Origin: a virus
Taxonomy: Duplodnaviria; Caudoviricetes
Strand: one strand, 5' to 3'
Length of the DNA stretch: 64,000 nucleotides
Virus record (IMG/VR): IMGVR_UViG_3300032030_000037
Coordinates: 36,101-100,100 of that record
Below the pieces are notes generated by a model that worked only from the letters and a program-made list of their open reading frames with translations, ran no database searches and was not told where the DNA came from. The translations under genes and the position numbers were made by a program. Below are positions 1 through 11,019 of the stretch, one piece after another. How positions within the stretch are numbered: position 1 is the stretch's first letter; every line of letters begins with the position of its first letter.

Positions 1-428
1 AATTCTTTTTCTGTACATAAACCAAAGAGGTATTTATATTTCTCAATAGTCTGAATAAAGCTTTCCACTTCGCCGGAGAGTCCTTTGTACCTTGGATCAT
101 CGGCCGGAAGAAGATTATAGAATTCAAGCGTCTTATCTTCTACTTCTTTAATGAACGCTTGTGGATTTATTTTTTCATCGGCCGGAATATAAGGTATATC
201 CTGAGCGGCGAATTGACCTCCTATTCCCATAAACCCTTCGGCCACAGTATCTTGAAATTCATAAAGCTCTTTCCATAATCCATCAAGGTATTCGTGTATG
301 TCTTTTCCACGAGCTCCCCAATGAAGAGACTTAGCTCTTGAGATAAAACCACTAAGGCGACCAAGATATTGAAGGACTACAGAAGAATCAAGATCTGAAA
401 ATAATCTTTGTCTGTATAATTTCATCAT
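1..428 (-). CDS. Dps/ferritin-like protein (runs off window), with N-terminal RQRLFS leader
   Basis: Not in the ORF track. Translated by hand: MMKLYRQRLFSDL...KSLHWGARGKDIHEYLDGLW...DTVAEGFMG. HW-x7-H and D-xx-AE match the Dps-type four-helix bundle. Confidence 0.6.
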   Translation of the reverse strand, partial: MMKLYRQRLFSDLDSSVVLQYLGRLSGFISRAKSLHWGARGKDIHEYLDGLWKELYEFQDTVAEGFMGIGGQFAAQDIPYIPADEKINPQAFIKEVEDKTLEFYNLLPADDPRYKGLSGEVESFIQTIEKYKYLFGLCTEKE

Positions 429-1009
429 GATATTAATCCTTTTGAACGTAAATAAGCAATTATAGCCGCCGACGTTGGAATTTCATTTGATGATTCTGAT
501 AAAGTGGTTGTGGCTATAGTTTTTGTTCCCATTGCACCATTAGTTCCCGTATAATATGGAATAGTATTGGAGGTAGTTCCAGAGGTTTGTCTACTTAGGA
601 GATATTGACTTCCTGAAGTATTGGTGGGAAGATAGACAGAAATATTTGATGCAGTAGTATTTATTAAAGTTGCACTATAGGACGTATTTGTAGACCTGAG
701 CTTAAGTCCTCCTGAATAAAATGTTTTAACTCCAGCAATAGCCTCAGTTCCTGACAGATGTACATACCCGTCAGAGTCCTCTCCGTCACTAAGACTTAGC
801 GTACTGCTTCCACTTTTTGGAGCCGATGCCATCATTAATGAACTGTTCGTACTATTAGTGCTACTTCCAGCTACACCATAAGTTGTTGCAAGCTTATAAT
901 CTACTTCTGCCTTCGAATATACAGAATTTCTATCTGCTTTTCCCGCTAAAGCTGCAACTACTTTATTCCATAATGCAGTAAGTGCGGTTTGTCCTGCGTA
1001 TGATGCCAT
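425..1009 (-). CDS. Tail-fibre-like/virion protein
   Basis: Ser/Thr/Gly-rich. YVHLSGTEAIAGVKTF fibre-type repeat. N-terminus (YxxxxxLxxLWxKV) resembles the paralogs at 22384 and 23382. Confidence 0.45.
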   Translation of the reverse strand: MASYAGQTALTALWNKVVAALAGKADRNSVYSKAEVDYKLATTYGVAGSSTNSTNSSLMMASAPKSGSSTLSLSDGEDSDGYVHLSGTEAIAGVKTFYSGGLKLRSTNTSYSATLINTTASNISVYLPTNTSGSQYLLSRQTSGTTSNTIPYYTGTNGAMGTKTIATTTLSESSNEIPTSAAIIAYLRSKGLIS

Positions 1010-1015
1010 ATTGTA

Positions 1016-1723
1016 TTATTTTTCTAAGTTTTCTTTTCTAAATAACTTCATAAATTCTTCAATAGCCGCCCTTGACTCTGGACTATCGAGTGTTGTATCG
1101 TTTTTATCTTCACTTAGTTTCTTAAGTACCTGATCGGAGTCTTTAATTTTAATCTCATTAAACATGTCGTTTAGGGTAGTGATATACCCAATGAGCTTAT
1201 CTACTACCAAAAGCATATCAGCGGAATTAAAATCTGGACTGTTCAAGAGCTTTTCAGGACTTAGGACATTGTCTATAACTAGCCAAAGTTTTTGAATTAT
1301 ATTTAAGTATAGGATAGGCCTGATACTTTGCATAACCTCCGAGAGATATAGTTCTAAGACTTTTCTTTTCTCTGGAGTTGCTATAGCTGTCAGAGAGTCT
1401 GACATAGAATCAAGATTAAGATTAAGGTCAAGGCCATATTCTTGATTGTATTTAGTCAGAACCTCATTCATAGCTAATTTTATTTCATTAGCCTTAGCCT
1501 CTCTTTCCGTTCGTGCTAGTGCAGATGCGTCGTGAATAACAGTTTTTGCACTCTTCGGTATGACAGGGGCATTTGTTATAATACTTCTCAAATCCTGTCC
1601 CTGACTTTCTGATTGATCATCTGGAAGTTCTGTAAATGAATCAGGGCCTAGTCTCCCCTCCTTCGAAAGGATCTGTCTTCGTAGGTCAGAATCTCCAGAA
1701 AAAGGATTGACACTATTTACCAT
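1016..1723 (-). CDS. Hypothetical protein in the portal operon
   Basis: Long ORF; likely ATG start at 1723 after an AT-rich leader. Confidence 0.6.
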   Translation of the reverse strand: MVNSVNPFSGDSDLRRQILSKEGRLGPDSFTELPDDQSESQGQDLRSIITNAPVIPKSAKTVIHDASALARTEREAKANEIKLAMNEVLTKYNQEYGLDLNLNLDSMSDSLTAIATPEKRKVLELYLSEVMQSIRPILYLNIIQKLWLVIDNVLSPEKLLNSPDFNSADMLLVVDKLIGYITTLNDMFNEIKIKDSDQVLKKLSEDKNDTTLDSPESRAAIEEFMKLFRKENLEK

Positions 1724-1945
1724 AATTTTGTTTATTTTATTATTATAATTGGCTCCTAAGTTCCACAATCAAGGGAACTTAGAATAGTATTTAAATAAGT
1801 TTTCTCTATCTAAGGTTAATATTTTTTCATCCAATCAGAGTCTAGTCGCTCTTTGTTTGGATTATACTGTTCCTCTCTATCTCTTTCCTCAAGGGCATTT
1901 TCACGACCTTCAGTGAAAGTTTTTTCTTTTAGTTCGTTCATAATA

Positions 1946-2281
1946 TTATCCTCTCATTGGAATAGGAGTTACGATTTTAGATTTTGATTTGTAGAGACCT
2001 TGATTTTCTGGCTTATTATTCTCTTGTTCAATCTTTTTTGCCTTTATCTGATCGTCTCTTTCCTTATCGTTCTTCTCGTCTTCCTGTTTTTGAAGTTTTT
2101 GCATCATAGTCATCCTCTTTCTAGCCTCTTCAGATCTAAGCTTATCTCTTTGTTTTTGCATTTCCATAGCTTGCTTCTGAAGTTTCATTTGCTGTACCAT
2201 GAGCTCGCTAGAACTAGGTTGCTGATTTCCATTTTGTGCCTGCTCAGCAAACACTTTATCCCTCTTTCTCAATATAACCAT
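1946..2281 (-). CDS. Coiled-coil protein with MVILRKRDKVFA leader
   Basis: In-frame ATG at 2281; Q/K/E-rich helix. Confidence 0.55.
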   Translation of the reverse strand: MVILRKRDKVFAEQAQNGNQQPSSSELMVQQMKLQKQAMEMQKQRDKLRSEEARKRMTMMQKLQKQEDEKNDKERDDQIKAKKIEQENNKPENQGLYKSKSKIVTPIPMRG

Positions 2282-2525
2282 CTTTTTTATCTTGTTTTTT
2301 CTTCCAGGATATAAGTGATCCACAAATCATAAATAGAACACAAAGAACAGAAACTATAATTAATCCTAGAACATGATGATTTCTAAATATTTCAATCATT
2401 CCTAGAGCAAATACAGTCAAGATAGTACATTTAGCTAAGAAACATGGGATATTCTTAAAAACATCGCTCTTCCGGTCAACTTTGTTTTCGGATTGAGGTG
2501 TTGGAGTTTTATCGTTATCTATCAT
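2256..2525 (-). CDS. Small two-TM membrane protein
   Basis: Two hydrophobic segments followed by a basic tail. Confidence 0.55.
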   Translation of the reverse strand: MIDNDKTPTPQSENKVDRKSDVFKNIPCFLAKCTILTVFALGMIEIFRNHHVLGLIIVSVLCVLFMICGSLISWKKKQDKKDGYIEKEG

Positions 2526-4252
2526 AGGCCTGGTTTATTTTTCTGTTCTTCAATGATTGGATTAAATATCTGCTCGACGATACTAGAATCCATTCCCTGT
2601 TGTTCAAATTGTGCTTGCATCTTCATCTTTAAGACCTGAAGATAGTTTTCTATAGATTGATCATCGACTATAGCTTCTGTATTCGGGTCTATATCCTTCA
2701 AGAGATTCTGAATATACTCTAAGAATGCCTTTGGATTGATGAATGGCGCAGCAGTATCCAGAGTCTGAAGTGCATTAACCACAATACCAGAGACACCCTG
2801 CACAAGAGAGTTGATAGACTCAGATTGGTTGATCTGATTATTATATTCAACACTAGTCTTCTCTGATATATGAAGCTTGACCTGGCTTGGATCTAGTTCT
2901 TCGTTGTATAGAATTCTATAAAGAGTACATACAAGATTAGTTACAGAGTCTTTAATTCCTGCCATATATGTTGCTACTCTAGAATTGGCACGCTCGGATT
3001 GTTGAAGAACCTGCCATTTACTTCCGGATGTTGAATCTAAGATAGTAGATGGCAAACCTAGTGGACCGAGAACATTATTTTTACAGGTCTCGACGGACTG
3101 CATAATATCCAAAAGTTTATCACTAAGTTTATCAAGTGGAAGGAGTGCATTTTTACCTCCAAGCGTTGAATTATAGTCAGGAATAAATTTAGCAGACTGA
3201 GTTAGGGTATTCTCGATGAAAGACACTACATCAAATTGTGATGTAAGGAAGGAGCTTAACTCATTTGTATTATTTGCTAGTTTTGTAGCTCTAGCACATA
3301 ATTCATTTGCTGCTTCAAGGGGAACGGATTTATCTACCTGAAGAAGGAATATTTGTATGGAAGATAAATCTCGTAGGCTAATAAGAGAAACCAGAAGCTC
3401 TTTTACCGCAAGCTCTTTGACTTTTAAGATTAGCGAATAGAATAAGGGCTCGGATGCAGTGTAGGACTCTCGCTGCATTACTTTCTCTCTGTTTTCTTTC
3501 TTCCCTTCTTTTGGCTTTTCCCGGAGTTGCTTTTCTCTTTCTTTCCAATCTTCTCTAAGGTCATTGACGAGTCTGAGATTATTGGAAGCTATATACAGTA
3601 TTTCATTCTGAGGGATTTCATACATACAGTTATCATCACCTCTCGCTAGAAATACCTCTTCCATGTCGCCGTCTTTAGATTTTTTCTTCTTGACGATGAC
3701 AGCAATTGGGTCATAAAGCTCTTCGACTCTGAATCTAGTGTGACCTTGCTCGTCTTTGTAAGATTTGAGCATAGAATAATAGTCACCATAGAAAACATAA
3801 TCTTGTACGTGATCTCTTAAGTAATCAAAAATCCTAATGTCCTTTGTTAGAATTTCATTTATTCGTTCAGTTTTTTGTTCATCAGTACTTCCATCTTCAT
3901 TAAGGACTGTCACCACCTGAGTTCCATTTCCTTCGTCAGCCAGGAAGTTGATGATATAATCTGAAAAGAAGTTCGTCGCAAGTTTTGAAATATCCAAGAG
4001 CTGATATCCACGAAGCTCACCGATTTTATCGAGATAAGACGACATTAGATTAGAGCTCGAGTAATTTCCCAAGAGCGGCGACTTTCTATCTGCATTAGAA
4101 AAAGGAGAGGAGCTCGAATGGCCGATAGGGTTAAATCCATGTTTTCCTGGGTTTCCATTTCTTACGATATTTGACTTCAATGGTATTAATCCTTTCTTTC
4201 CAAAACTAGCTCCAAACAATTTTTCAATTAAATTACTGTCGTTTCTTTTCAT
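2522..4252 (-). CDS. Probable portal protein (T4 gp20-like size and pattern)
   Basis: 576 aa. DYVFYGDYY and 'ISLR...IQIFLLQVDKSVP' segments resemble gp20-type portals, and it heads a structural-looking operon. Pattern recognition only. Confidence 0.55.
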   Translation of the reverse strand: MKRNDSNLIEKLFGASFGKKGLIPLKSNIVRNGNPGKHGFNPIGHSSSSPFSNADRKSPLLGNYSSSNLMSSYLDKIGELRGYQLLDISKLATNFFSDYIINFLADEGNGTQVVTVLNEDGSTDEQKTERINEILTKDIRIFDYLRDHVQDYVFYGDYYSMLKSYKDEQGHTRFRVEELYDPIAVIVKKKKSKDGDMEEVFLARGDDNCMYEIPQNEILYIASNNLRLVNDLREDWKEREKQLREKPKEGKKENREKVMQRESYTASEPLFYSLILKVKELAVKELLVSLISLRDLSSIQIFLLQVDKSVPLEAANELCARATKLANNTNELSSFLTSQFDVVSFIENTLTQSAKFIPDYNSTLGGKNALLPLDKLSDKLLDIMQSVETCKNNVLGPLGLPSTILDSTSGSKWQVLQQSERANSRVATYMAGIKDSVTNLVCTLYRILYNEELDPSQVKLHISEKTSVEYNNQINQSESINSLVQGVSGIVVNALQTLDTAAPFINPKAFLEYIQNLLKDIDPNTEAIVDDQSIENYLQVLKMKMQAQFEQQGMDSSIVEQIFNPIIEEQKNKPGL

Positions 4253-4320
4253 AAATATCTCGATTCAAAATTAAAGATAAAGATAATTTCACTTAAATAC
4301 TCTAGAACAATTATCTTTAT

Positions 4321-4363
4321 CATATATAAGGCTTTTTAAGAAAAATTGCTCAAAAAGTGGGGG
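4321..4363 (-). repeat. Extended promoter repeat, copy 1 (copy 2 at 24441-24483)
   Basis: catatataaggctttttaagaaaaa...aaaaagtggggg occurs at both divergent intergenic regions. Confidence 0.8.
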
Positions 4364-5354
4364 AAATGGAGCGATTTTTGTATTTTTTGCCCCAAAACCT
4401 TAAAAATGAATGAAAAACATTAAAAATTACAATGAAAAAGAAAGAAGTTAGTAGAATTAGCCATCGAGCTGATAAAATACGAGTAGGTTCGCTGGTAAGA
4501 TGGCCTGAATTTCCTGACAGGCTTTATTACGTTAAGGAAATGCCAATCTGGTTTTGCGGCAATTCAGAGTGTGCAAAACTAGAGACGATAGATCATAAGC
4601 ATGTGGCTATCGTTGGTATAGATAATTTGATTCTTGATGATGTTGACTATGATGAAGTTACATATATCAGTTATTCAAAATATTATATGAAAAAGACTCT
4701 CTATTACATTCTACTTCCGCTCCTCTTCGTTTTTGGTCTTCCATTTATGATTATAGATAAAGAAGGCTGGAACGCTTTCGGTAGAAAAGTTGATAAATTC
4801 TTTGGTGTTGAATCTAAACATTCTAAGAACTATGCCTCCACTGACAATAGGTGAGATTGAGAACACCAAGAAACTTGAGAAGGCATCTAAAACTTTTAAG
4901 GATTCTGTAGATAAGTTGATTAAACTTGAAGCAATGAAAGCCACAAACCAAGAGAGGCTTTCTAGAGGTGAGGCTCTGGCTTATGGTGAGGATGCATTTC
5001 TTAAGCTCTTAGAAGAATAGGATATGGAAAAGATAATTTATACAGCTGAATTAATAGGAGACCTTAACCTATTTCTTAATATAATCATGACTATCGGATG
5101 GGTAGTCTTTGTGATATATTTTTGTGCATCCGGAGAAAGTGGCAGTCTTGAATATCCTAAAACTCGGAAGCAGCTGGGAATACTTTTCTGTATTGCCATG
5201 ACACTAACCCTTGCAGTTGTCTTTATTCCCAGCAAAAGAACATATCTTCGAATGCACGCCGCTGAAGTTATAGAAGAATACCAAGAAAATAACTATTGGA
5301 AGAAAGCGCTTCCAGAAAGTACAGTTCAGATTATAAACGAATGGGTAAAAGAAA

Positions 5355-6125
5355 ATGAGCAAAGCAAATAAACCAATCTTAGCCGTCTATAGTGGAAGTT
5401 TCAATCCTTTCCACCTTGGCCACTTAGATATAATTCAAGAACTACATAAAAATCCTTGGGTTTCTAAAATTATGGTGGTAGTAAGTCCTCAAAATCCGGG
5501 AAAATCGCCCTCCATATATATCCAAACTCCGACGGAAAGATTAGAGGCGGTTCAGGATGCAGTCTGGAAATATAAACTCTCTGACAAAGTTATAGTCAGT
5601 GATATTGAATTTTCCCGGACACCGCCTATCTGGACCGTCGATACCTTAAGAGAAATACGGGCGAAGTATCCGGATTACAAAGTCGTCTACGTTTCTGGTA
5701 TAGACTGTCTTGATAAAATTCGAAGATGGAGAAATGGAGAGGAAATACTTTGTGATTTTGGAATGATTGTTTTCCCAAGAGAGGGCTATGATACAGGAAA
5801 GATAATAAACGATACTTATAAAAAACATCCAAAAGCAATCCTAATGTTAGCGGTAAAGGCGCCTATGGAAGTATCGTCAACGGAGATACGAAGAAGAATG
5901 ACTGCTGGTGAAGACTATAGTTCCTTAGTTCCGGAAAAATTAACAGAAGAAGAAAAAGAAGAAATTCTTAAAAATCTTGTGGTTTCTGATGACTCTGACA
6001 TTATTAAAAATAAGTCTGAGTTAAATGACCCCGACTCTGTGAAAGCAACTGTAGATATTAACAAAAAGATGACTAGCCTAGAGCAGAAGGCAAAGCAGAG
6101 AAAGGGAAAGCTTACAGAACAATAA
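5355..6125 (+). CDS. nadD: Nicotinate/nicotinamide mononucleotide adenylyltransferase
   Basis: SGSFNPFHLGH (HxGH), SPQNPGK, SDIE, TVDTL, GID...W and VSSTEIR motifs. Confidence 0.9.
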   Translation: MSKANKPILAVYSGSFNPFHLGHLDIIQELHKNPWVSKIMVVVSPQNPGKSPSIYIQTPTERLEAVQDAVWKYKLSDKVIVSDIEFSRTPPIWTVDTLREIRAKYPDYKVVYVSGIDCLDKIRRWRNGEEILCDFGMIVFPREGYDTGKIINDTYKKHPKAILMLAVKAPMEVSSTEIRRRMTAGEDYSSLVPEKLTEEEKEEILKNLVVSDDSDIIKNKSELNDPDSVKATVDINKKMTSLEQKAKQRKGKLTEQ

Positions 6126-6335
6126 TATGAAAGTAGATGAGTTTATAAAGAGGCATCTGTGGCCATTAGTCGATTCCTATATAGCCTGGAAATACTATGG
6201 TGGAGAGGAAATAGAAACTACAAAGGTCATGGAGAAAGCACGAGAACTAGATAAGATTCTAAAAAATGATGAAGAATCTACAGAATCTAGTATTGAACAA
6301 GCTAAATTTATTATTAGAAATATATTTAAAAATCT

Positions 6336-6722
6336 ATGACAGAGGATTACGTCAGCTTTGAGACTGCTAAACTCCTGAAAGAGAAGGGGTTTGATGAAGA
6401 TACATCTGTCAACTATTTCGTTGGTGATGATAAGCCGCGTGGATGCGTGGTAGGCGAAATGATTTACCACAAAAAGTCTGAAAGTGATACACATCTCATT
6501 GCTTGTCCAACTCTTCAAACAGCAATGAAATGGCTAAGGAAAAAGAAAGGTATCGCCATCATACCTATCATTAGTAGTATCCTCGATAATGAGAGGTTTC
6601 TTTGGGACATCAAGATTGTTGTTGCAAAAACCAATGAAACATATTCTCAAGGGTGGATTTACGAAGAGCCCGAGGAAGCCTATGAGACAGCCATTAAATA
6701 TGCACTTGAAAATTTGATATAG
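6336..6722 (+). CDS. Conserved Bacteroidota-phage hypothetical protein
   Basis: EDYVSFETAKLLKEKGF...CPTLQTAMKWLR pattern. Confidence 0.6.
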   Translation: MTEDYVSFETAKLLKEKGFDEDTSVNYFVGDDKPRGCVVGEMIYHKKSESDTHLIACPTLQTAMKWLRKKKGIAIIPIISSILDNERFLWDIKIVVAKTNETYSQGWIYEEPEEAYETAIKYALENLI

Positions 6723-8010
6723 ATATGCCAGTCTACGAAATAGTCAGTATCGTTGTGATTATTATAGGCCTTATAGCGCTTATTGTTTATGAGCTCTTTT
6801 ATGACTCCCCTAAAGATAAATGGGTAGCAGTAATTCTTATTGTCCTTACTATTTCAATGATTGGAATTTTAGCAGGAGAGAATAGTCAAACTAAATATGC
6901 TCCAAAAGAATTTCCAGCCAAAGAATATGACTTAGGGTATAAAGTTATAGAAGAAGGTAGTCAGAGAGATACTATCTATACGCTAACTAGAAAGAGAGAA
7001 AATAATGTCTGACGAAATTAGGAAAGCTGTCGAAGAACTAGATGCACTAATTATAGAACAAAAGTCTTTAATACATCAGGCCTGGGAAGAAGGAGATTGG
7101 CAAAGATATAATGAGCTATCTTCTTATCAGAATGGCCTTAAGAAAGCAAGGAAGATACTGTGTCCTGGGAGTTCTGATTTTATACCTCCTCTTAAATAAT
7201 GAAATTTTCTGATATCGCTGAGTTCCTACGAAAACACGGCTATACAGAAAAAGAAACACTACCGCATCATCGAGTCTTCTATGAGTTTGGGACAATGGAT
7301 TTTCTTATTTCTAACGTTGCAAAGAAATATGAAATGGACTACTTTGATGGTGAAGTGGAAAAAGTTATTATGACACAGTATTGGTTCGGGACAACAGAGT
7401 TTAAGACCATATTAACCTTAGACGAACTTTATAATAGCTTATAGGGATGGCATTTAAATTTATTATAATAGCACCGAGAGAATCCTTTAGTCATTTTGAA
7501 CCAGAAGGAAGATTAAGATTTGGAAACGTGTGCTATCATAAAGACCTCCTAGGAACAGGGAATTATGTCTTTGGCGGAGGAGATTTTATGATAGATGATG
7601 AAACTATGACTGTCAAACTCTCTGGAAATAGCGGAGACTTTGGATATCCTCAACTTGATGGTGAGATGTGGGATTGGAAGAAACTCTACGTCGACGAAGA
7701 GTGGTCTGAAGATGGTGGATACAAATTCATTTATCAAGATCCATACTACAATAATGGAAAAGCAATAGACCTAACTCCACTAATCGAATATAAAGATGAG
7801 TGATTTTTATATAGGCTCGGGAGATTTCTTTGGCGAAAACGGGCCAAATGAAAAGTTTAATAAAGAAATAGTCCCGGAACTCCTTAAGATGGGAATAAAA
7901 GAAAAAGATCTTAAAGAAGTAGCTAGGATGTTTACAGAAATCTATGATATTGGATATTCTAATGGGGCTGATAATGAAGCTGGGGCAAGGTCTGAATATC
8001 CATAAAACAA

Positions 8011-8046
8011 AAAGAAGGACTACGGTATCCTTCTTTATTTTTTTTA
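8011..8046. terminator. Bidirectional intrinsic terminator
   Basis: aaagaagga/tccttcttt stem with A/T tracts, between convergent gene blocks. Confidence 0.7.
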
Positions 8047-8342
8047 TTTCAGCTATTGAACAATTTTTGTAATTATATAAGTCGTATCATTATCCTTAAT
8101 GACAGTCTCTAGTGTGTATTCTTTGGCTTGGAATACTTTTGGCCTCATCTCTACTTGTCTTTCTTTTTCGCCAATAATTAAACCAATTGATACGGCTATA
8201 ATGACAACTCCAACGACAACTAGAAAGGTGTTTAATCTCTCGCCGCCCCTGGCTTTAGCACTTCTAAATATGCCAATACCCATCATCGCCCATCCAATAA
8301 CAAACAAAACGAGCGAAATTATAATTACCATAGTAAACTTAA

Positions 8343-8819
8343 TCATAATCTATCTAATTTTATATACATCTCTTTTGGTGCTTCTAACGCTAGGCCTTTT
8401 TCAATCAGGCCTTGATAGTCGAAATGATGTTTATTAAGCCAGTTGATAAGATATAGATAATCCTTTAAACTACACTCTGTATCATTGTCCCACCATCCCT
8501 CCATATGATAACGTATTGTTATACTACCAAAATCTGAGAAGTTATAAGATTTATTAATTTCTTTTCTCTCCTCTTCTGTCATAGATGATAGTGGACGAAG
8601 AAATGGCTTGACTTCAGATAAAAGACATGACCAATCTCTTATACGACCATTTTCATCGTAGGTAAATTCAACGGTTTCCTCCGTAATTGTATCTATAGTA
8701 GCAATACAGTCACATTCCCTATGATTACAGTCTTCTTCCTTATGGTATGGAAATTTAATTCCATACGGAAATTTAAAACAAAGGTCTATAAATAGCAGCT
8801 CTTTGTCTTCCTGTGTCAT
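8343..8819 (-). CDS. Paralog family 'LLLKDLCARLPYG', copy 1
   Basis: Shared N-terminus, KPFLRPLSSMTEEE and HHFDYQGLIEKGLALEAP motifs. Confidence 0.8.
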   Translation of the reverse strand: MTQEDKELLFIDLCFKFPYGIKFPYHKEEDCNHRECDCIATIDTITEETVEFTYDENGRIRDWSCLLSEVKPFLRPLSSMTEEERKEINKSYNFSDFGSITIRYHMEGWWDNDTECSLKDYLYLINWLNKHHFDYQGLIEKGLALEAPKEMYIKLDRL

Positions 8820-9242
8820 AATTCTTCTTCTTTTTTACTGTATGAATTGAACGGACATTCTAAACAAGGATATGGAACTACTTCATCCATTACGCTATGT
8901 CCTGGTTTTTTGTCCAATATTTCACAATGAGCAATGTACTTGTCTAATGGCATTGGAAAATCAAGCCAGTAATGCTCGCAAGTCATGCACAAATCTTTCT
9001 CTTGTCGCTCTTCTCGTGTCATATTTTTAATCTTCGAAATCGTCTAAATATACAAAATCACCGTCAAGCCTATCAGGACCGTTGCCGTCATATTCAATAT
9101 GCCAGACAACAACGCACGGATATTTTTCCGGTTCAAACCAAAAATCAGATTCCACATTACCATGCCCTGGAATGTAACCGGTATTATAGTTCACGAAAGA
9201 ATCAAAATCTTCCTTACTTTTGAGTAGTGTTTTATTCATAAT

Positions 9243-9665
9243 CTATTCAGTTTTATACATTCCTTCTGGTGCCTCGAGAGCGAGACCCATAGGAATCAAG
9301 CCACGGAAATCAAAATGGTTTGCAAGGAGCCAATCAATGACAGCGGAAAAATCTTCTACATAAACAAACATAATAGATTCACCCTCGCTGTTGAGTGTGG
9401 CCCCAAGCATATGCCTGTATATATATTTTTCTTCTTCTGTCATAGAAGACATTGAACGGAGGTAGGGCTTGATGTGTTCCGCAGGGAACTTGAATGCGCC
9501 AGTATCAACTTTTACAATAATTGACTTGTTATCGTTAGGCTCAATACCTAATAGTGTGCAAGTATGATTTTCCCTTATTGCAGAAGTATAAAAGTTTAAC
9601 TTAACTCCATACGGCAATCTTGCACAAAGGTCTTTAAGTAGTAGTTGTTTTTCTTCTTTAGTCAT
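9243..9665 (-). CDS. Paralog family 'LLLKDLCARLPYG', copy 2
   Basis: Same three motifs. Confidence 0.8.
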   Translation of the reverse strand: MTKEEKQLLLKDLCARLPYGVKLNFYTSAIRENHTCTLLGIEPNDNKSIIVKVDTGAFKFPAEHIKPYLRSMSSMTEEEKYIYRHMLGATLNSEGESIMFVYVEDFSAVIDWLLANHFDFRGLIPMGLALEAPEGMYKTE

Positions 9666-9932
9666 AAGCTAAAATCCTAATATTACTTGAAGATAGTTAT
9701 CAATAAAATGAATTGGAAGTGATGGTGTGCGACCATCCTTGCCGATTGGGTATTTTTTGCCTTCATAAACAATATAGTATCCGTCACTTTCGCTTTCTTT
9801 TACTTTGCAAAGAAAAGCCAATAATGATGGGTCGTGCCGCACAACCCCCAAAAAGCGGTCACTTGGTGAATAAAGAAAAGCTTCAAACTCTCCTGCGTGA
9901 TTATCAAAAGTTAATTCTTCTTCAATCATAAT

Positions 9933-10358
9933 TTATTCGGTTTTATACATATCTTCTAGTGCCTCGAGAGCCAACCCCATTGGAATCAGCCCTCGGTAGT
10001 CAAAATGATGGGCATTCAACCAATCAATATGACAATATTGCGGAGTAAACTTATTTTCAGGATGAAATGTCCCTGCCTCGAACTGTTCTCTTAACCCGTC
10101 AGCAGTTCTGTCCAAATCTATATCGACTTGCTTATGGTATTCTGTCTTTTCTTCCTCAGTCATACTTGACATTGGACGAAGATATGGGATAATAGTTACA
10201 TCATCATAGTCAAGTATATAGTTATTCAAAGATAAATTTGTGATATATGGCTCCTTTGTTTCATTAAAGTATTTTTCCCCTTCTATTCTTACCATCACCC
10301 CATAAGGTAATCTCCCACAAAGATCAACCAATAAAAGTTGTTTTTCTTCTTGTGTCAT
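9933..10358 (-). CDS. Paralog family 'LLLKDLCARLPYG', copy 3
   Basis: Same motifs; ATG start at 10358 inferred by homology. Confidence 0.8.
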   Translation of the reverse strand: MTQEEKQLLLVDLCGRLPYGVMVRIEGEKYFNETKEPYITNLSLNNYILDYDDVTIIPYLRPMSSMTEEEKTEYHKQVDIDLDRTADGLREQFEAGTFHPENKFTPQYCHIDWLNAHHFDYRGLIPMGLALEALEDMYKTE

Positions 10359-10533
10359 ATTATCTAATACAGTGGTTTCCAATTTAACCTATGATTCTTT
10401 TTGATATGTCGATGATACACTCTTAAAGCTTTCATCCATCTTGGCGGTCCAAGTAACCAACCATAGTGATTTGGCTTACCATTTACAGCTTTTTGTAGTT
10501 CTCTAACGATTATCTTCTTAGCTTGTCTAAATT

Positions 10534-11019
10534 TCATATCTTATACATTTCAGGTTTGGCCTCAATTGCTAACCCTTTTTCAATAAGATGGTTAATATCA
10601 AAGTGCCTTTCAAGGAGCCACGAAATTGCAAGAAAGGCCTCTTCCATAGAAGTTCCTACATCATAAATATCATTATGAAAGGCTCCATCATAGCATACAC
10701 CAAGTTTTCCAACCTCCCTCTCTTCTTCCTCTGTCATACTCGACATTGGACGAAGATAAGGTTTGATTTTATATTCTTCAATATTAAATCCTCCACATCT
10801 TACATCGTATTGTGCTATCGGCTTATCAAGTTCATCGACAATAATTCTTTCTTCATCTGGAAATATAGCATCTAGAACACCAACAAGAGTTCTTCCATTT
10901 TCATAGGAAAACTGATTAGTGAACTCAGTTCTTTCAGGTTCAGTTACAGATATTTTTACTTTATATGGCAACCTTGCAGATAGGTCCTTCAATAGCAGTT
11001 GTTTTTCTTCTGTAATCAT
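10534..11019 (-). CDS. Paralog family 'LLLKDLCARLPYG', copy 4
   Basis: Same motifs. Confidence 0.8.
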   Translation of the reverse strand: MITEEKQLLLKDLSARLPYKVKISVTEPERTEFTNQFSYENGRTLVGVLDAIFPDEERIIVDELDKPIAQYDVRCGGFNIEEYKIKPYLRPMSSMTEEEEREVGKLGVCYDGAFHNDIYDVGTSMEEAFLAISWLLERHFDINHLIEKGLAIEAKPEMYKI

